From a virus (Duplodnaviria > Caudoviricetes): DNA of 64,000 bases. Within the stretch, counting starts at the first letter, position 1. Each line of letters starts with the position of its first letter. The translations under genes and the position numbers were made by a program. The stretch spans positions 6,264 through 70,263 of IMG/VR virus record IMGVR_UViG_2561511107_000003; one strand, 5' to 3'. The notes below the pieces were generated by a model, which searched no databases, was not told the origin of the DNA, and worked only from the letters and a program-made list of their open reading frames with translations. Shown here in pieces: positions 58,343 to 64,000 of this stretch.

Positions 58343-59563
58343 ATGACCGACCCCCGACCGAACGGGCGTTGGTTTCGGGACATCTACCGCGATGCCGTGT
58401 GGGAGTCCGAGGAACTGACGGCCCAAGAGAAGGCCGTCGCCGAGACGTACGCACGGCACGCACGCGACGAACACGACGACAAGAGCGCAACTGCTGACCT
58501 CGCGTGGACGACCTACCCGCGACTCATGGCCAAGGCGGGCATCGGGCGGCGAGCGAATGTGAGCACCGCCGTCGCGAGCCTGGTGAGGAAGGGGTGGCTG
58601 ACCGTGGTCCGTGAGGCGAGTCGACGGCCGACCCTCTATCGCCTAACGATTCCCGTCGGTGGTTTCGATGGTGGAACTACCAGCCAGGCGAGCCGTAGTT
58701 CCGATGACGGTACTACGGTAGTTCCGAGACCAGCAGCTGGTAGTTCCACTTCCGCCGCCGGTAGTTCCGATGGCGGAACGCAACCATTAGGACCATTAGA
58801 AAATCAACCACTAGCCTCTCTCTCTGACGCTCGCACATCAGTGCCCGTACCTAGCGTGCTCAACGACGACCGAGAGAGAGACGAGAAGTCTTCAACCAAA
58901 GACCCCAACCCCATCGGGCCGCTACAGCGATTCGTCATCAAGCGCGGCGCACCTCAACACCTCGCCACCCAGGTAGTCGAGTTCATCGAAGCCGCCAACG
59001 CCATCGACGGATTTGGCTGGTGGATCACCGCCAGCGGCAACGGCACCCTCGCCGCGCAGGTAGCCACCGCCCTCGACGCGTTGGCCGCACCAATCGGAGG
59101 CGACAACCAGGACGACTGTTCGACGTGCGGTGACACGGTGCTATCAGTTCCCGGACACGCCGACTCACGGGGCGATGAGGGGGTGAGTTACGGGGTAACT
59201 GGTTCCGCTGCGCCTACCCAGCACCAACCCCCTTCCTCCCCCACCGTCGAACCTGACGCCTCGCCGCGCTCCGACAGGCAGGAGAAGACGAGAGCAGACC
59301 TCGCCATCATGGCTACCGCCACCCGCCTCGCCGACCCCTACCAAGGCGACATGACCGTCATCGAGTCGCGACGCCTGGTAAGCCACGTCGTCACCGTGCT
59401 CGCCAAGGGATGGTCGGAGCAGGTCGTAGCGGACGCACTGGCCACCGACGTCGCCGGCCTCGACTCGGTTGCCGCTGGTCTGATCGGGCGGATGATGGAA
59501 CTTGCGGCCACCCCTGTCCAACCGGGCCGCGACGAAACGTTGCTGCCGAGATGCATCGCCTAG
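58343..59563 (+). CDS. Second replication-initiator-like HTH protein with internal iterons
   Basis: LAWTTYPRLMAKAG...LVRKGWL...PTLYRLTIP winged helix, then a repeat linker. Confidence 0.65.
   Translation: MTDPRPNGRWFRDIYRDAVWESEELTAQEKAVAETYARHARDEHDDKSATADLAWTTYPRLMAKAGIGRRANVSTAVASLVRKGWLTVVREASRRPTLYRLTIPVGGFDGGTTSQASRSSDDGTTVVPRPAAGSSTSAAGSSDGGTQPLGPLENQPLASLSDARTSVPVPSVLNDDRERDEKSSTKDPNPIGPLQRFVIKRGAPQHLATQVVEFIEAANAIDGFGWWITASGNGTLAAQVATALDALAAPIGGDNQDDCSTCGDTVLSVPGHADSRGDEGVSYGVTGSAAPTQHQPPSSPTVEPDASPRSDRQEKTRADLAIMATATRLADPYQGDMTVIESRRLVSHVVTVLAKGWSEQVVADALATDVAGLDSVAAGLIGRMMELAATPVQPGRDETLLPRCIA
58658..58808. repeat. GTAGTTCC(GATGGYGGAACTAC) iteron-like repeats plus ACCATTAG x2, putative origin 2
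   Basis: Five copies or half-copies, followed by an AT-richer patch. Confidence 0.65.
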
Positions 59564-59590
59564 CCGTCGGCGTACCGCTACCATGCCGTC

Positions 59591-60100
59591 ATGGCCGACG
59601 GACCGGACCCTGGATCCGAACACGGGGCAGCCTTCGCCCGCCTCCTGCGGGTGCAACGGGCCAAACGCGGCCTACGCCAACAAGACGTCGCCGACGCCTC
59701 CGGTGTCTCCCTGCACACCATCATGCGATGGGAAACCGGCCAAAGCCGGCCACCCCAGCCCGCACAAGTCCGCGCCATCTGCCACGCCCTCGGCATCAAC
59801 CCTCTCGAGGTGGCCGTTGCCCTCGGCTACCTCGGCGAGGACGAAGCCCCGCCCAGTACAGACTTCGCTCGGCCCACCATCGCAATCAAAGTCGGCGAGC
59901 ACCACCACGGACCTTCCCGCGGCGAAGAAGGCTTCGCCTACCGGTCCCTCGCGCGCCGCAGACTCGCCGATGCCCTCGGCATCGAAAAGCCTCCGACGCT
60001 CAGCCCCGAGGAGCAGCAGAAGCTGCGTGAGGCTGAGGCACGCGCCGAGCGCGACGCAGACCGGATCTACGGAGACCACGCCGGCCAGGCTGTGGCGTGA
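59591..60100 (+). CDS. XRE HTH protein, putative antitoxin
   Basis: GLRQQDVADASGVSLHTIMRWETG; GTGA-coupled to the PIN gene. Confidence 0.8.
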   Translation: MADGPDPGSEHGAAFARLLRVQRAKRGLRQQDVADASGVSLHTIMRWETGQSRPPQPAQVRAICHALGINPLEVAVALGYLGEDEAPPSTDFARPTIAIKVGEHHHGPSRGEEGFAYRSLARRRLADALGIEKPPTLSPEEQQKLREAEARAERDADRIYGDHAGQAVA

Positions 60101-60456
60101 GACCCCGCATCCTCGACACGTCGGCGATCATCGCCCTGTTCGACGCCTACCCGCCGGTGTTCGACCTGATAGCGAGTGCGGAGGTCAACGAGGCGACCAT
60201 CGTTCTGCCGGCAGCTGCCGTCGCCGAAGCGAACCGGAAGATCCGCGGATCGTTCGGCGTGTGGGAGCCGGTCCTCTTAACTGCCGGGCTGACGGTTATG
60301 CCGCTCGATCCTCATGTCGCTATCGAGATTCACGACCTGGTCGGCGACGTGGCTACTCGGCACACCGTGTACGAGGCGCGGCTGTTGCGTGGTGTGGTGG
60401 TGACCTGCGACCCGGGCGTGTATCGGGGGCACACGGTTCCGCTGCTGGTCGTCTGA
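60097..60456 (+). CDS. vapC: PIN-domain (VapC-like) protein
   Basis: ILDTSAIIAL, AVAEA, VVTCD. Confidence 0.75.
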   Translation: MRPRILDTSAIIALFDAYPPVFDLIASAEVNEATIVLPAAAVAEANRKIRGSFGVWEPVLLTAGLTVMPLDPHVAIEIHDLVGDVATRHTVYEARLLRGVVVTCDPGVYRGHTVPLLVV

Positions 60457-60557
60457 CTCGTATTAGTTCCCGCCCGGCCTCTTCAGAGGGGCTGGATGAC
60501 CTTGCCTGCCCTGGCCGTCTCACACGGGCCGACCCGACCACCACCAGGAGGACACCC

Positions 60558-60893
60558 ATGACCGACCCGATCGACCTCGACGTCCCCGCCGAGGTTACTG
60601 AATTCACCAGCCTGCTCCGCGCCCGCCTTACCGGTGTCTACGACGACGACAACCCGGCCGGGAAGTCCCCCGCCGAAGCCCTGTGGAAGGAGGTCCACGG
60701 CACCTCACAGCTGGAAGCGGGCAGCATGCAGGAACTCGCAGACAAGGTTGGTGATCTGCTGGCCGTTAAGCGAAACATCGCGGTTGTGGTGGCCGTGGCG
60801 CTTGCCATCGACCTGGCCAAGCAGACGGGCCGTTCCGCCATCGACCACATCGACGACGTGGAGCAGTCGCTGATCGAAGGACAACAGCAGTGA
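60558..60893 (+). CDS. Acidic hypothetical protein
   Basis: AGGAGGA RBS. Confidence 0.7.
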   Translation: MTDPIDLDVPAEVTEFTSLLRARLTGVYDDDNPAGKSPAEALWKEVHGTSQLEAGSMQELADKVGDLLAVKRNIAVVVAVALAIDLAKQTGRSAIDHIDDVEQSLIEGQQQ

Positions 60894-60914
60894 CTCACCC
60901 GTCGCACCGCCGGT

Positions 60915-61373
60915 CTAGCCGATCGTGAGCCGGATGGTGGTGTTCAGCTGCGCATCGTCAAACTGGATTTTGCCGCGCCGGCCCACCTCGACGCCGTAGA
61001 ACCGGTCGCCCTCCGGCACCCCCGTCACCTCGAACGGCATCTCGCACACCTTGAACGGCTCCCCCAACTCGGGATCCGCCCGGACTTTGCCGAGTTCGAG
61101 TGTGCCGACGCCTGCGGTCTTGCCACCGCTGTCCGTCACCACCACCTGCGCGCCGGGGGTGAGATCGTCCCAGCCGCGCTGCGACAGACTGCCGCCGTGG
61201 CAATCCAGGCCAACCTCCCAGCCGGACGGCCAGCCCTGGATGGCCATGGTGCCGGTGATGGTGCGGGTGGACGGGCTGGAGGCGGGCGTATCGGCGGGTT
61301 CGGGGCTGCTGCTGCAGGCGGCGAGCAGCAGCACGATCGCCGCGGCGGCGGGTATGGCGTGGTGTAGGCGCAT
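60915..61373 (-). CDS. Lipoprotein
   Basis: Signal peptide with LAAC lipobox; DL.PGAQVVVTD, FYGVEVGRRG. Confidence 0.8.
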   Translation of the reverse strand: MRLHHAIPAAAAIVLLLAACSSSPEPADTPASSPSTRTITGTMAIQGWPSGWEVGLDCHGGSLSQRGWDDLTPGAQVVVTDSGGKTAGVGTLELGKVRADPELGEPFKVCEMPFEVTGVPEGDRFYGVEVGRRGKIQFDDAQLNTTIRLTIG

Positions 61374-61701
61374 CGTGGCAGTCTCGACCATGCGGTACGT
61401 GCCGTGGACCCGCACGACCGGCCAGTATCGCTGTCGCCTACACGACTCAGGGGATCGTGTCGATGGGTGGCGGGTGCAGGTGACGGCGGAGCGGAGACAA
61501 GCGTGTCCGTAGCCCAAATCCAACGCAGCTCTGGGTGTCGTACCGTCCGTCTACCCTGGGGTCCGCTGGCCCGCCTTTGCCCCCGTGAAGGCGGGCCGGT
61601 GTACGTCGACCCAACTTCGTGGGACGGCCTACGCGGTCGTTATGACAGCTAGGACGGCCCGAGGCCAAGAGGACCGGGCTCGCCGACTGGGAGGTGAGGC
61701 G

Positions 61702-62418
61702 ATGATCAGCGTCGTCGGTGTCGCGTCCCGCCGGGGCACCCGCGACCACAACGCGGACGCCGGCCACGCCTACCGAGGCGACGACGGCACCGTCGTCGCG
61801 GCGGTCATCGACGGCACCGGCAACTCAGCCGAGCTGGCCGAGCTGGCCGACGCGATGGCGATCGTCGTCGCCCGCGTCGGGTACCGGCGCGGCGGTCTCG
61901 CCGCTCTCATCACCGCCTCCGACCTGATCCACGAGGCCCACGACGCCGCTGCCGTCACGGTCCGGGTGGATCCCGACGGCGGGGTCCACACCCACTGGAT
62001 CGGCGACTGCCGCGCCTGGTGGTGGACCGGTGCCGAACTGCGTCAGCTCACCACCGACCACACCATGGGCCAACTCCTGCGCGTCTCCGGCGGTGAGTCC
62101 GCCGCCCGGGTCGCCGCCACCCACGACCACTGGCTGCGCCTGGGTATCAGCGGTGCCACCCCCGCCACCGTCGCCGAGGTGAGCGGGCTCGACGTCGACA
62201 GCACGACGCTGGGCGTCGGCCAGCTGGTCCTGCTCACCTCCGACGGGGTCCACGACCAGCTCGACCAGGACACCATGCTCGAGCTGGTCGTGGCCCACGC
62301 CGCCGTTCCGCAGAGCCTGGCGGACGCACTGGTCGCCACCGCGAGGCCGGATCACCGGGGCTACCGGGATGACGCCACCGCGGTCGTCGTGGCGATGACC
62401 GCGGTGGCGCACGAATGA
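61702..62418 (+). CDS. PP2C/PPM-family Ser/Thr protein phosphatase
   Basis: R..NAD, VIDGTG, IGDCR, LTTDHT, LTSDGVHD, DDATAVV. Confidence 0.9.
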   Translation: MISVVGVASRRGTRDHNADAGHAYRGDDGTVVAAVIDGTGNSAELAELADAMAIVVARVGYRRGGLAALITASDLIHEAHDAAAVTVRVDPDGGVHTHWIGDCRAWWWTGAELRQLTTDHTMGQLLRVSGGESAARVAATHDHWLRLGISGATPATVAEVSGLDVDSTTLGVGQLVLLTSDGVHDQLDQDTMLELVVAHAAVPQSLADALVATARPDHRGYRDDATAVVVAMTAVAHE

Positions 62419-62426
62419 TCCGGTCC

Positions 62427-62462
62427 CAACGACGGGTGCGCCGGCGCACCCGTCGTTGGTTT
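62427..62462 (+). terminator. Intrinsic terminator
   Basis: CCAACGACGGGTGCG CCGG CGCACCCGTCGTTGG TTT. Confidence 0.75.
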
Positions 62463-62507
62463 CGGTGCGAGCGTGGACACCGAACCGCACGCCGCGCTAT
62501 CGGTCAC

Positions 62508-62596
62508 GCACGCCCCGCCCACGCGGGGGTGATCCGTCGCTAAGCACTCGGTGGGTGCGGACGCAGGGTCGACTTGTCCCCGCCACGCGGGGTAGA
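62508..62596 (+). CRISPR. Type I-E-like mini-array A (repeat, 36-nt spacer, degenerate repeat)
   Basis: GCACG CCCCGC CCAC GCGGGG GTGATCCG (29 nt) and CTTGT CCCCGC CAC GCGGGG. Confidence 0.7.
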
Positions 62597-62640
62597 CGAC
62601 AGCGCCCCGCCTGGCCTCACGGCCAGGCGGGGCGCTGTCG
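62597..62640. terminator. Bidirectional terminator (GGCC-TCAC-GGCC family, copy 2)
   Basis: Perfect 20-bp stem with TCAC loop. Confidence 0.8.
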
Positions 62641-62651
62641 CGTGTGCGGGG

Positions 62652-63053
62652 TCAGCGGCGGCCGGAGCGGATCTGATAGAGCCGGGCCGGCGTCACGCCG
62701 GCGGCTGCAGCAATGTCGTCTCGCCGCAGCTCAGTCCGCTGCATTGCCGTCCGCACCAGCTCGTCGCGGCGGGCGGTCAGGCGGCCGATCTCGCTGGTCA
62801 CCTCCTCCAGCTCCACCAGTATCCGGGCGGCGGCCGTGGCGACGGCTCCGACACTGTACGACGCGTCAACTGCACGGGTGATCACGCCGACGCCGGCCGG
62901 AGTGAGGGTGCGGGTCGCGATGTCCCACAGCTCCGGGTCGTCGCGGATCTCATCCACATGCACCCGCACCGTGTCGACGGCAGCAGCGTGGGTGTCTATG
63001 CCGTGGTGGTCGGCGAGGGTCCGGGCGAGATCGTCAATGCTGGTTCTGGTCAC
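62652..63053 (-). CDS. Protein with C-terminal HTH
   Basis: GGAGGA RBS; RDDIAAAAGVTPARLYQIR. Confidence 0.8.
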   Translation of the reverse strand: MTRTSIDDLARTLADHHGIDTHAAAVDTVRVHVDEIRDDPELWDIATRTLTPAGVGVITRAVDASYSVGAVATAAARILVELEEVTSEIGRLTARRDELVRTAMQRTELRRDDIAAAAGVTPARLYQIRSGRR

Positions 63054-63081
63054 CGCTTCCTCCTGTGGCTTGGATACCATG

Positions 63082-63122
63082 AGCCTATAGCCTGCTATAG
63101 CTATATGTCAAGCACGCTATAG
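63082..63122 (-). promoter_or_regulatory. Promoter overlaid with CTATAG palindromes
   Basis: TTGACA-18-TAGGCT on the minus strand; CTATAG x3 plus CTATAT. Confidence 0.7.
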
Positions 63123-63205
63123 AACAGCGATGGTGTGGGCCTGCCACAATGACCCGCCCCCTGCGGGGCCTGACAGCCGAGACGCTTGGGGGTACGCTCC
63201 GTTCA

Positions 63206-63278
63206 TTGGTCCCCGCGCAGGCGGGGATGACCCACTGTCGCTTCGCGACATGCTCCCCACGCATGTGGGGTTAGGGAC
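63206..63278 (+). CRISPR. Type I-E-like mini-array B (repeat, 15-nt hairpin spacer, variant repeat)
   Basis: TTGGT CCCCGC GCAG GCGGGG ATGACCCA and ATGCT CCCCAC GCAT GTGGGG. Confidence 0.75.
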
Positions 63279-63285
63279 CACGCAA

Positions 63286-63329
63286 ACGACGCCCGCCCGG
63301 CCGTGAGGCCAGGCGGGGCGCTTCGTCGT
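63286..63329. terminator. Bidirectional terminator (GGCC-TCAC-GGCC family, copy 3, inverted)
   Basis: GCCCGGCC GTGA GGCCAGGC stem. Confidence 0.75.
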
Positions 63330-63337
63330 GCCTGGCG

Positions 63338-64000
63338 TCAGCGAGGGACTCCGTGCACGAGGTAGTTCAAAGGCACCACCACCCAGGTGCCGGGCTCGTC
63401 GACTCGCTCTACCTCCAACTCGCCAGCATCGTTGAGCCGTGCGTCTGGTCGCAGCGCCTGCACCTCGTCGAGGTTGTCGCCGGTCCACATGACCGCCTGC
63501 TGTGTTGACCTTGGTCGGCCTGGTTTGCGTTGCCAGCCGGCGGCGAACGCGTCGATGCTGCTCCGGGTGTATACGGGGCCGGCGGCCAGCCGGGCGACCG
63601 GGTCCGGGAACGCCTCGTTCTCCCGGGCGAGTTGCTCGACTCGCTGCCGTGACACGTTGAGGATTCGGGCGATCTCGGCGTTGCCGACGAGGCTCATCGG
63701 GTGTGGTCGGGAGATCTCCCGTTCGTGGTCCTCGGCGGTGATCACGCGTAGGGCGGTGACCTCGGGTGCGCTGCCGATTGCCTGGCTGTGCGCGGTGCGG
63801 GCCGCGCGGGCGGCCGTGTCGGCGGCCTGGCGGACGGTGGGCGCTTCGATGGTCATCTCCAGGCGTACCCGGTCGACGCCGGTGTCGACGATGATGCCGT
63901 AGCCGGGTAGGACGCGGGTGATCTCGGCGAGTTGGTCGTCGGTGGGCTGTGCGCTCCAACGGCGAATGGTTACGGCGGCGTGCCACTGTTGGGGTGTCAT
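63338..64000 (-). CDS. AlpA/excisionase-like HTH protein (possible antitoxin); start lies at the window edge
   Basis: LVGNAEIARILNVSRQRVEQL...FPDPVARLAAGPVY. Confidence 0.75.
   Translation of the reverse strand: MTPQQWHAAVTIRRWSAQPTDDQLAEITRVLPGYGIIVDTGVDRVRLEMTIEAPTVRQAADTAARAARTAHSQAIGSAPEVTALRVITAEDHEREISRPHPMSLVGNAEIARILNVSRQRVEQLARENEAFPDPVARLAAGPVYTRSSIDAFAAGWQRKPGRPRSTQQAVMWTGDNLDEVQALRPDARLNDAGELEVERVDEPGTWVVVPLNYLVHGVPR

Larger units (their letters stand above)
40690..59563. mobile_element. AICE/actinomycete plasmid-like transfer and replication region
   Basis: TraB, Spd-like proteins, Xis-like, Nudix, KorSA-like GntR and a second Rep. Confidence 0.65.

Noticed and set aside
61394-61700. 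Possible ncRNA or riboswitch upstream of the phosphatase (GGCCCGCCTT/AAGGCGGGCC stem)
   Set aside because: A single hairpin with no recognisable family motif; insufficient support
62537-62572. Self-targeting by spacer A (GACCCTGCGT at about 10137 and 55571; TAAGCACT at 58041; GGTGGGTGCGG at about 38247)
   Set aside because: Only 8-11-nt matches, not seed plus PAM; expected by chance in 64 kb of GC-rich DNA
1-64000. Integrase, att sites, tRNA, rRNA or cas genes
   Set aside because: No recognisable motifs; element boundaries cannot be defined from this window

Overview
High-GC (about 70%) actinomycete mobile DNA, probably from Micromonosporaceae (inference). Bases 1-40.6 kb are an apparently complete siphovirus-type prophage lytic arm, almost all on the + strand. 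It runs: Cro-like HTH with operator; pentapeptide-repeat protein; RecE/ERF, DnaQ, RusA, WhiB, DnaN, SSB; a lambda-O-like initiator with internal iterons; DnaB; methyltransferases; terminase, portal and Mu-like head genes; tail genes with a -1 frameshift chaperone and tape measure; endolysin and holin. Bases 40.7-58 kb are an AICE/Streptomyces-plasmid-like region, mostly on the - strand. It holds an FtsK/TraB translocase, Spd-like membrane proteins, a membrane-anchored GIY-YIG, a dense TGACGG repeat field, two Nudix proteins, a PnuC-like protein, many small ORFs and a KorSA-like GntR. Bases 58-64 kb carry a second iteron-bearing initiator, an XRE-PIN toxin-antitoxin pair, a lipoprotein and a PP2C phosphatase. 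The most notable feature is at the right end: two cas-less type I-E CRISPR-repeat mini-units, each ending at the same hairpin terminator and converging on an HTH gene. No integrase, cas gene, tRNA or rRNA was recognised. All calls were made by eye from motifs; no database searches were run.
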